Source: Eledone cirrhosa (taxonomy: Eukaryota). Taken from it: DNA of 64,000 nucleotides. Shown here piece by piece: positions 53,265-64,000 of the stretch. The stretch covers positions 18,166,001 to 18,230,000 of the forward strand of contig OZ024759.1 in NCBI GenBank assembly GCA_964016885.1, written 5' to 3'. Made by a program: the position numbers and the translations under genes. Under the pieces are notes generated by a model, which searched no databases, was not told the DNA's origin, and saw nothing but the letters and a program-made list of their open reading frames with translations. Position 1 is the stretch's first letter. The number at the start of each line of letters is the position of its first letter.

Positions 53265-54627
53265 GTAATAATAATAAACTATATTAAAATGAAACTAAAT
53301 GTATAAATAAAACAGAATATAATGCAAGAAGAAGAAGAAGAAGAATATAAAAGAAGTAGTAGAAGAAGAAGAATATATAACAGAAGAAGAAGAAGGATAT
53401 AAAATAATAAGAAGAAGAAGCAGAAGAAGAAAAAGAAGGCAAAGAAGCAGAAGAAGAATAACCAGATAAAACAACCAGAAGATACCATGTGCTTTTTACC
53501 CTCTTGTTATTACACAATAACCAACAGGCCTCTTGAAAAACTTCTAAATTTGACCAAAAAAAGATTAAAACAAAATAGTGAAATACTTATTAAGGGAACC
53601 AACTATCTTTTCTGTATTTCAGTTTTGTTTTCTGATAGGATTTTTGCTTGTGGGTACATCAAAAACACCCAAACTACCCATTCTTGACTGACTGATTAAC
53701 TGACAAATTTTCTATTGATTATTTAGTTTACTCAGTGACTGGTTTTCTTGTGGATTTTATTCTGGTTTTCTTCATTAAATAATTGCTGTCATTTAATTAG
53801 CTCCGAATGTAAAATTCCCCCGAGGAACTTGTGCAAACGATACGTTCGCATTTACTTTCACCTTCACAACGCAGCGAAATTGTTTGAGTGTTAGTTAGTG
53901 TGGGTGTTTGTGTGTGTGTGTGTCTGTGTGTTATACAAATGTGTCTGTCTGTGTTAGAATAATGACATATACCTGTGTATGTATATATATGTGTGTGTGT
54001 GTATATATATTATATATTATATATATATATTGTATATATATGTTGTAGATATATATTATATATACATATTGTATATATATATATATATATATCATATATT
54101 ATGTATATCTATTGTAGATATATTACCCACTCTACCACCCTAAGTATCGAGTACTCTGGTTCGTTATGGCCCACCTGGTATCTTACCACACTTTCCTTGT
54201 TATGGTCTGAGTTCAAATCCCGCCGAGGTTAACTTTGCCTTTCATCCTTACGGGGTCAATAAAATAAAGTACCAGTAATGTACTGGATAATTGCTGGCCT
54301 TGTGCCAAAAGTAGAAACAATTATATATATATATTTATATATATACATTCAGTTAAATTATTGATGTATTGTTTTATTGATATTTTTTATCTGTTTGTCC
54401 CGAATCTTCTATTATCGATTTTTTATCGTATGGTTGATTTTAGACTTGTTCTATGTGTGACGGTATTTTAACGATAGTTATAGCTCTGATTCATCTGAAT
54501 TATTGAGCCCTCTGCCGCTCATTCCGAATATTGTTTATCGTGAACTCGTGCGCCGATTTTTCGATACTCGATCTTTCTAATATATATATAATATATATAT
54601 TATATATATATGTATTATATTTATATA

Positions 54628-55360
54628 TCATCATCATCATCGTTTATCTTCCACGCTTGCATGGGTTTGGACGGGAGGCAAGATTGGTTGTCCTGCTCGT
54701 ATAGGACTGTCTGGCGGGTTTTCTACGGCTGGATGCCCTTCCTAACACCAACCACGTTTACAGTGTGGACTGGGAGGTTTTTACCGTGTTACCTACATGG
54801 CCACATTACAGCGTGGACTGTGTCTTTTTTTTGTCGTGACACCTACACGACCTCATTTGTTTCGGACTGGATGTTGTGGTACCAACATAACTTCACATTT
54901 ATTTATATATATATATTATATATACGTATATATCATCATCATCGTTTAACGCCTATCTTCCACCCTAGCATGGGTTAGATGGGAATTATCCTACTTGAGG
55001 CAAGATTGATCAGGTGACTGTGTCTCGCTCATATTGCCAGAAATAATAATAAATATATGTTTCCTTGAGCAAGACACTTTATTTCACATTGCTCCAGTTT
55101 ACTCAGCTGTAGAAATGAGATAATAGGACTGGGGTCCCTATCATTCCACTGCAAAGTGGTCGTGGAGGTGCCACGGCAAAAAAGCACCCAGCCCACACTG
55201 TAAAGTGGACGTGTAGGTGCCACGGAAAAATAAGCACCCAGCACTCACTGTAAATGAGGTTGGTGTTAGGAAGGGCATCCAGCTGTAGAAATCAAGCCAC
55301 AATCAGTTCCCGTCCCACCCTTGCAAGCAGGGAAAAGCAGACGTAAAATGATGATGATGA
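54628..55360. mobile_element. SINE B-related copies (54630-54890 minus, 55058-55360 plus)
   Basis: Both share the ggaagggcatccagc tail motif. Confidence 0.78.
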
Positions 55361-55542
55361 TTATGTGTGTGTATATATATACTCTTTTACTCTTTCATCT
55401 GTTCCAACCATCCGTCTATTTTCTTGCTATCAATCTGCCCCAAACCACCTCTGGTTCTACAAAACAAATCAACCCATTTTAAAGAGGTCTTATTTAGATT
55501 AAAACTTTCTAACATAGTTTTATATAAGAACATTGTGATAAA

Positions 55543-55730
55543 TAATTGTTTTTACTTTTGGCACAAGGCCAGCAAATACCCAGTGTATTACTGGTACTTT
55601 ATTTTATCCACCCCGTAAGGATGAAAGGCAAAGTTAACTTCGGCGGGATTTGAACTCAGAATGGAAAGGGCCGTAACTCTCTGCGTCAAAGCATGGCGTC
55701 CGACCCTCTACCGATACTGCCAATCCACCG
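55543..55730 (-). mobile_element. Full-length SINE A
   Basis: Consensus match. cattgtgataaataat is duplicated at both flanks. Confidence 0.85.
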
Positions 55731-55978
55731 CATTGTGATAAATAATGTAAGCAATACTGTCTTAATTATGAAATAATTAATAATTTCAGTAAACACCCCT
55801 CAAATTCTTGATTGATTAATTAATTGAAATGCAGTGTATTTCATTAGAGATATGATAATGGAGGAGGTGTGAAAGGTCACTGACAGTAGAGAATATTTTC
55901 CAAGTGATTGTTTATTAGTGCACGTCTGGCAGAGAATATATATATCTATGATATATGGAAGTGGCTTTTCTCTATTAA

Positions 55979-56081
55979 CCCTTTAGCATTTAAACCGGCC
56001 ATTTCTGGCCAGAATTCTCTCAACTCTTTCTGTTCAAACTGGCTGTAACCAGCCACTCCCACTGATGTAAATGTTAAAGGG
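55979..56081. mobile_element. 103-bp TTAA-flanked MITE (piggyBac-like ends)
   Basis: TTAA|CCCTTTAGCATTT...AAATGTTAAAGGG|TTAA. Confidence 0.78.
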
Positions 56082-56110
56082 TTAAATTTCACTGAGGAGC
56101 CAATGGTGGG

Positions 56111-56745
56111 CATCATCATCATCATCATCATCATTATATTCACCATCATCATCATTATATTCATCATCATTATCATTATATTCATCATCATCATCACCTT
56201 CATCACTATCATCATCATCATCATCATCATTATATTCATCATCATCACCATCATCACCATCATTATATTCATCATCATCACCTTCATCATCAGCATGATC
56301 ATCATTATATTCATCATCATCACCATCATTATATTCATCATCACCATCATCATCACCATCATCATCGTCACCATCATCACCATCATCATTATCATCATGA
56401 TCATCATTATATTCATCATCACCATCACCATCATCACCATCATCACCATCATCATTATCATCATATTCACCATCATCATCATTATATTCATCATCATCAT
56501 CATCATTATATTCACCATCATCATCATCATCATCATCATCATCACCATTATTATATTCATCACCATCACCATCATCATCATCATCATCACCATCATCATA
56601 TTCACCATCACCTTCATCACCATCATCATCATCATCATCATCATTATATTCATCATCACCTTCATCACCATCGTCATCATCATCATCATCATCATCATCT
56701 TCCTCAAAGTCAACATCACCATCACCATCCTCCTCATTGTCAGCA
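56111..56745. repeat. (CAT)n compound microsatellite
   Basis: Read directly from the sequence. Confidence 0.95.
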
Positions 56746-56967
56746 TCACTCATAACTCCGGATGCAGTTATAGTTGTGCTGTAGGGACATACATCATGTT
56801 GTGGGCATTTAAAAAAAATATTTGATTGCGTCCATCCAACCTCTCCAGGACCGAACACAGGCGATTTCTTCTAGAGAAGTTGATAGAGTGATAGAGAAAA
56901 AGTGAGAAAGAGATATAGAGGAAGAATCGATCTCAGTACTAGACTGGTACTCTTTTTTTTATCTACC

Positions 56968-57790
56968 TTAACCCTTTAGCATTTAAACTGGCCATATCTG
57001 GCCAGAGTCTCTCACCTCTTTCTGTTCCAACCAGCTGTAACCAGCCACTCATACTGATGTTAAATTATCGTTCTTAAAATAAATATCAAAATCTCATAGA
57101 TTCAATATTATGTGAGATAATTATGTAAGATAAAACCTTTACAATGAAAATACAATAGTATATATAGAGTAATGAAAATGTTAATGGCTTAACGCTTTAG
57201 CATTTAAACTGGCCATATCCGACCAGAGTCTCTCACCTCTTTCTGTTCCAACCAGCTGTAACCAGCCACTCATACTGATGTTAAATTATCGTTCTTAAAA
57301 TAAATATCAAAATCTCATAGATTCAATATTATGTGAGATAATTATGTAAGATAAAACCTTTACAATGAAAATACAATAGTATATATAGAGTAATGAAAAT
57401 GTTAATGGCTTAACGCTTTAGCATTTAAACTGGCCATATCCGACCAGAATTCTCTTACCTCTTTCTGTTCCAACCAGCTGTAACCAGCCACTCATACTGA
57501 TGTTAAATTATCGTTCTTAAAATAAATATCAAAATCTCATAGATTCAATATTATGTGAGATAATTATGTAAGATAAAACCTTTACAATGAAAATACAATA
57601 GTATATATAGAGTAATGAAAATGTTAATGGCTTAACGCTTTAGCATTTAAACTGGCCATATCCGACCAGAATTCTCTCACCTCTTTCTGTTCAAACTGGC
57701 AATAACTGGCCCCTCATACTGACTTTAAGGTATTGTTTTTAAAATAAATAATATCAAAATCTCATAGATTCAATATTATGTGAAGGCTTA
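56968..57790 (+). repeat. Head-to-tail array of the same TTAA MITE family, ~221-bp period, 3.7 copies
   Basis: Units start at 56972, 57193, 57414 and 57636. An inverted copy lies at about 58200-58356. Confidence 0.85.
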
Positions 57791-59454
57791 AAATGTGAAG
57801 GCTTAAAAGGATGAAAGGTTGAGTTGAATTTGGCAGGATTTGAATTCAGAGTGCAGAAATCCAGAACAAATACCATAAATGAATTCTATTTCACGTTGAA
57901 ACAACTCTGCCAATTCACCACCTACTGTATATACTCAAATATATGCCAAGAAGTATATGACCAAAGAATTGGGTCAGCTTATATTCGGGGTCAATATATT
58001 GATGATTTCCACCAACTTCAAATTCTATGTAAATAAGGTTTGGATTTTGGCCCATTTCTCAGACATAAAATAGTGGAGTTAGATTATTTCCTATGAATAT
58101 TCTTATACTAATACTGCTCAGGCTGGCATGTGGCGTAGTAGTTAGGAAGTTTGACTGACATTTGTGAGGGCGCGAGTTCGACTGTATTTTCACAGTAAAG
58201 GCTTTATCTCACATAATATCAAATCTGTGAGATTTTGATATTTTTTATTTTGAGAACTATACCTTATCATCAGTATGAGTGGTCAGTTATGGCTGGTTTA
58301 AACAGAAAGAGGTGAGAGAATTCTGGCCAGATATGGCCGGTTTAGATGCTAAAGGATGAAGTTATGTTCCAAACACCAATTTGATAGTGAGGAAGTTATA
58401 TATTTTACTATATCCTACCACAATTCTTGATTATTTTCAAAATGTTTTCGAAAAACATATGGCGTATTTTTTATGAGATATATGGGAACAAATGGGTAAA
58501 AGAGTTCAGAAAGATTTTTTGTGGTTAGAGAATCTCTCTGACTACTTTGAATTCATATGTTGTATGTAATAATGTGCCTGCCGTTTATCTCAATATAAAC
58601 CACAATGTAAATGATTAAATTTATTATGTAATAAACGTCACATATAAAAACCAATAAGCTCACAAATTTCCAAAGAGTCTAGGCTAGTAATCACTCACTC
58701 AGAAGAATTACCATATTTCTTTAGCTTGAGATCGTTATCGAACGAAAGCAATGATCAGCTTGCAGGCATGATTATTTTTATAATAAGAATCTCTGATTGG
58801 ACTATAATTCTTGAATAGAACTAACGCTTTTTGGAGCAAAGATTTAATTATCGAAGGATGAAAATTTGGTTATATCAAAATGGGATTATGTCAAGCTAGA
58901 TACCTATTAGAACTGATACTAGTGAACCAATTAATAACTAAGATACTGTTATTCCATTATTCCATAATGGTAAATTGATTGTTACTTGATTTCTGGGGAT
59001 AGTAGTGTCTTATGTACTTTTATTAATTATATATAATTTGCTTTTCATTGGATTTAGATTTAATTAGCTACAAGGTGGATTATTAATTAAATTAATGATT
59101 TTGTTCCTTAAATGTATAACATATATATATATCATCATCAACGTTTAACGTCCGTGTTCCACGCTTGCATGGGTTTGGACGGGGGTATTTCCCACTTGAG
59201 GCAAGAGTGATTGTCTTGCTCGCATAGGACTGTCTGGCGGCTTTTCTACAGCTGGATGCCCTTCCTAACACCAACCGCATTTACAGTGTGGGGCTGGGAG
59301 GTTTTTACCGTGTTGCCTACACGGCCACATTACAGCGTGGACTGTCTGGCGGGTTTTCTATGGCTGGATGCCCTTCCTAACACCAACCACATTTACAGTG
59401 TGGGGTTGGGAGGTTTTTACTGTGTTGATGGCCTTCCTATCACTATATATATAT

Positions 59455-59640
59455 ATGTGTGTATGGAAGGAATATATTAGGTTAACACTTGAAATAGCAG
59501 GAAGAGGGTCTTAACGTTTTGGATGCTAGTCCTTCATCTGAAGAAAGATTGAAGGGTTGGGTGGGGTGGAATTGGAAAAAATGTTTTTAGAGAAAAATAA
59601 CAGGTCCATTAATGTTGCCATCTCATGGAAGACTGTTCAT
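59455..59640 (-). mobile_element. Penelope-like pLTR fragment with decayed minimal hammerhead
   Basis: Reverse complement of 59510-59543 reads ctt-CAGATGA-AGGA(ctagca)TCC-AAAACGTT-aag, with two core changes. TA-flanked. Confidence 0.55.
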
Positions 59641-60639
59641 ATATATATATATGCTTGTATATGTATGTTAAACAGTAATGATGATGAGATATATCATTTG
59701 AATTGATATTAAATATTAATTTGAGGCAGTTGAATAACAGAAAATGTCAGATGAACAGAATACTAATTACAACAGCCTGCATCTGTGTATTTAATGATGT
59801 GGTCAGCCAAGAAATGCTTAATATATAGTTACATCAGTAGTGTTTGTTACTCTTTCCTGTTTGAAATTACTTCCTATAATCTTCCACACCAATTTACATA
59901 TATCATATCTCTCATTATTCATCACACAATATAGTTTTAGGTTGTTTCTTTTAGACAGAGCGTATAGTATAAGACTGTATAGGATAATGACTTTGTTGTT
60001 TAGCCCCATGTCTGCTCTAACTTAATATATAACATATAGTTAGCAGTGGTTACAGATTCATACATACATACAAGCATAACAGACCAGATATAATGATATG
60101 GGACAGGGAAAAGAAGGCATGCACAGTAGTAGAAATGGGCTGCCCAGCAGATGCTGGGGAGTTAAACCTGTGATAGAGCAGTATCTTATCCTAGGAGAAT
60201 CTTGTACTCTCAGTCATTTAACACCAAATAAACTGGGGTTAAGCACCTTTGGCTTAGAGTGAGTACTAGCAGTAGTTGGGGAGTTAATTCTGCAATAGAC
60301 CAGCATCTTATCCAGGGAGAGCCTTATACATTCAGTCGCTTAACACAAAGGATACTGAGGTTAAGCACCAATCTGATGAGCCTTCAGCTTAGAGTGAGTA
60401 CAAGCAGTAGCTGGAGAGTTTGTCATGCAATAGACTGGCATCCTATCCAGGGAGAGTCTTAAACTCTCAGTCACTTAACGGCAAGGAAACCAACGATAAG
60501 AACTGGCCAGATGAATCTTTGGCATAGAACTGACTTCAACTTTCTGTATCATAAAACCAGGGGTAGTTTCAGGCAGTTTGCTACCAGAAGATTTAAGGTA
60601 ATTGTTATACTGGTGTGTCTCACCTATTAGTGTATCTGT

Positions 60640-60902
60640 TTAATGGGCTTAAAATCTGCCCTTCTAAAATCCCGGAGAGCTCAATTTGCTGGCCACTGTC
60701 ACTGTGCCAGCAATGAAATCATATCCGCTCTCTTGCTCTGGAACCCTGACTCCAGCCTAACTAGGAGTAGGAAGCTGTCATTCCCTGACGTTATCTCTAG
60801 GGATACGGGAATCAGCAGTCAGGACCTGGGGGACAGGGGATTCTGGGGCATGAGAGTGAGATCCATCATCTCGACAGTAGTCGACGAGTGATGATGATGA
60901 TG
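60640..60902 (+). mobile_element. RTE/RTEX-like LINE 3' end
   Basis: Encodes RRAQFAGHC...LLLWNP...KLSFPDVISRDTG, followed by a (TGA)n tail. Confidence 0.8.
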
Positions 60903-60967
60903 TATCTTTACAAATGAAGGTAAAACCAAAGTATTCACCAGGCATAATTTCGAACTACCAACGAGAT

Positions 60968-61245
60968 CACTACAACGTGACTCCGTATACACAGTCTACT
61001 GACAGTTCACTACAACGTGACTCCGTATTCACAGTCTACTGACAGTCCACTACAACGTGACTCCGTATACACAGTCTACTGACAGTCCACTACAACGTGA
61101 CTCCGTATTCACAGTCTACTGACAGTTCACTACAACGTGACTCCGTATACACAGTCTACTGACAGTCCACTACAACGTGACTCCGTATACACAGTCTACT
61201 GACAGTCCACTACAACGTGACTCCGTATACACAGTCTACTGACAG
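60968..61245. repeat. 40-bp tandem repeat, 7 copies
   Basis: (cactacaacgtgactccgtatacacagtctactgacagtc)n. Confidence 0.93.
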
Positions 61246-61299
61246 ATCACTTCAGTTATTATCTATTAATGTTTATAGACATTTACGGATACAAACCGA

Positions 61300-62072
61300 A
61301 GCCCCACTGTAAAGTGGTCGTGTAGGTGTCACAATAAAAAAAGCACCCCCCTCCCACTGTAAAGTGGTCGTGTAGGTGTCACAATAAAAAAGCACCCCCC
61401 TCCCACTGTAAAGTGGTCGTGTAGGTGTCACAATAAAAAAGCACCCCCCTCCCACTGTAAAGTGGTCGTGTAGGTGTCACAATAAAAAAAACACCCAGTC
61501 CACGTTGTAAAGTGGTTGTGTAGGCACCACGGTAAAAAGTGCCCAGTATTCACTGTAAATGAGGTTGGTGTTGGGAAGGGCATCCAACTAGATATCAAGC
61601 CAGAATCAGTTCTGTGTGAGCAAGACTTGGTCACCCAACCTGACATTGCCCACAACAGGACAACCCGTCTAACCCGTACTAGCATGGAAGAATGGACATA
61701 AAACAGTGATGATGATGATGTTTTCACCTAGTCCACTTTTAGTTATGCGAGGGTGTTCAGGGTTTTTTCCCTACAACAGTGGAGGCACATGGCTTAGTGG
61801 TTAGAGCATTGGCCTTGCAATCGAAAGGTTGTGAGTTCAATTCTCAGACCAGGTGATGTGTTGTTTCCTTGAGCAAGACACTTTATTTCACATTGCTCCA
61901 GTTTACTCAGCTGTAGAAATGAGATGATAGAGACTGGGGTCCCTATCATTCCACTGCAAAGTGGTCGTGGAGGTGCCACGGCAAAAAAGAACCCAGCACT
62001 CACAGTTCCCGTCCCACCCTTACAAGCAGGGAAAAGCGGACGTAAAATGAAATAATGATGATGATGATGATG
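61300..62072 (+). mobile_element. Two SINE B-related copies, the first with an internal 49-bp tandem expansion
   Basis: (cccactgtaaagtggtcgtgtaggtgtcacaataaaaaagcacccccct) x4 then the tail. The second copy spans 61780-62072. Confidence 0.8.
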
Positions 62073-63061
62073 AACAGTAATACAGAGGGGTCATGCGCTT
62101 CCCTGAAGACTGTCAATAATATCGAAGTCATCTGTTCTCTCAACTGTAACATTTCAACATAGGAGAAATAAATTAGGATAACACCGGCGCTAGTTAACAT
62201 CTGAAGAATATGGAATAATAGCAGAATTGCTTAGATGATAATATTGGAAATATATATCTTTTGTTGTTGTTGTTGTTGTTGTACCCATCGTATAGTTTTC
62301 ATAATTCTTCTTCTTCGCCTTCTTCTTCTTCTTCTTCGCCTTCTTCTTCTTCTTCGCCTTCTCCTTCTTCTTCTTCTTCTATAGCTTCTTCTTCTTCTTC
62401 GCTTTCTTCTTCTTCTTCGCCTTCTTCTTCTTCTTCGCCTTCTTCTTCTTCACCTTCTTCTTCTTCTTCTTCTTCGCCTTCTTCTTCTTCTTCTTCGCCT
62501 TCTTCTTCTTCTTCGCCTTCTTCTTCTTCGCCTTCTTCTTCTTCGCCTTCTTCGCCTTCTTCTTTGCCTTCTTCTTCTTTGCCTTCTTCTTCGCCTTCTT
62601 CTTCTTCGCCTTCTTCTTCTTCACCTTCTTCTTCTTCTTCACCTTCTTCTTCTTCTTCTTCTTCTTCGCCTTCTTCGCCTTCTTCTTCTCCGCCTTCTTC
62701 TTCTTTGCCTTCTTCTTCGCCTTCTTCTTCTTCGCCTTCTTCTTCTTCTTCTCACCATCCTCATTCCCATCAACATCACCGCCACCAGCACCATCACCGC
62801 TGCCACCACCACCACCACCACCATCATCATCATCATCCTGATAGGGTTCTATGTGAAGGTATGATCCTTACTGAGATACACCTTCCATGATGTGGCAATA
62901 TATATACCATATAAATGTCATTATGGTGAGTAAATTACATATTGATGGGAAAGTTAGAACCAATAAATTTCTGCCTCTATCATAATCTTTTCTCTGGAAA
63001 TGCCTGAAAAATGCTTAAGGCAATACTATTGTTATGGCTAAAGAAGTCTTCCCTTCTTGAC

Positions 63062-63740
63062 CATCACCATCACCATCGTCATCGTCATCCTGTGGCCTCA
63101 GCCGAAATCTACTCAACAATTGATCTCCAAGTGGGTCTGTCGTTCATTGCTGTTGCCAAGTCCTGGATTTCAAATACCAGAACCTCTGGAGATGACATCA
63201 GGATAGGAGAGCTTGCGCCCCCTGTTATTAGTAGTGACTGCTTGTGGTTGCCAAAGCACTAATGGGGACACAGCCTCGCAGGTGGCTCGATGGCAGTGGC
63301 CAGCAAATCGGGATAGGAGAGCTAGCCCCCCCCCCCCTGTTATTAGTGACTGCTTGTGGCTTCCAAAGCACTAATGGGGACACAGCCTCACAGGTGGCTC
63401 GATGGCAGTGGCCAGCAAATCGGGATAGGAGAGCTAGCCCCCCCCACCCCCCTGTTATTAGTGACTGCTTGTGGCTTCCAAAGCACTAATGGGGACACAG
63501 CCTCACAGGTGGCTCGATGGCAGTGGCCAGCAAATCGGGATAGGAGAGCTAGCCCCCCCACCCCCACCCCCCACCCCCCTGTTATTAGTGACTGCTTGTG
63601 GCTTCCAAAGCACTAATGGGGACACAGCCTCACAGGTGGCTCGATGGCAGTGGCCAGCAAAACTTATTCTCATTTTACGTACAATGACAGATCTGCGTGG
63701 GAGGCCGGCATATATTTCTTTTAAAGTCTTGACCACTTGA
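63062..63740 (-). mobile_element. RTE/RTEX-like LINE 3' end with internal ~112-124-bp tandem amplification
   Basis: The FAGHCHRATCEAVSPLVLWKP unit is present four times, then LSYPDVISR and a (TGA/TGG)n tail. Confidence 0.8.
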
Positions 63741-64000
63741 CCCTGTGAGGGTGGTGGTTTGGCAGAATCAGTCGAGCATCAGACAAAATGCTTTGTCGCA
63801 TTTAGTTATGGTTGTTTATTTTCTGAGTTCAAATCCCACCAAAGTCAACTTCGCCCTTCATCCTTCCAGACTCGATAAAACAAAGTACCAGACAAATACT
63901 GGGGTCAATATAAACAACTTCTTTCTCCTCATACATTGCAGGCTTTGTTATCATTATTATTACTACAAGGGCGGTGGATTGGCAGTATCGGTAGAGGGTC

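Noticed and set aside
58121-58185. tRNA-like sequences with A and B boxes (also all SINE heads)
   Set aside because: No complete cloverleaf; most continue into SINE bodies and this one is truncated.
60968-61245. Regular 40-bp repeats (also the 31-, 62- and 70-bp arrays) as possible CRISPR arrays
   Set aside because: Contiguous tandem units with no unique spacers, no cas genes and a eukaryotic context.
62103-62135. CTGAAGA...GAAG as a hammerhead
   Set aside because: No pairing stems I-III.

Overview
Very AT-rich, repeat-saturated eukaryotic DNA. The SINE families, (TA)n/(CAT)n/(CTT)n load and intron size suggest an octopod cephalopod (inference). I can support only one host exon: a 121-nt, + strand, AG/GT-bounded exon at 29692-29812 encoding the catalytic CX5R(T) motif of a Sac2/INPP5F-type phosphoinositide phosphatase. 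The rest appears to be its two flanking introns. Nearly all ORFs in the track are microsatellite artefacts. The introns hold two abundant tRNA-derived SINE families, 3' ends of RTE-, CR1/L2-, Tx1- and R4-like LINEs, hAT, mariner and TTAA-type MITEs, and many minisatellites. The most striking unannotated signal is a set of short non-coding insertions sitting in (TA)n tracts. They come from several distinct families, show fold-back (inverted) or partial-tandem structure, and carry type I hammerhead ribozyme folds. One fully canonical hammerhead lies at 19136-19214 inside a 516-bp partially tandem unit. These look like Penelope-like pLTRs or retrozymes, and several lie sense to the host pre-mRNA. 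All calls were made by eye and coordinates of degenerate repeats are approximate.
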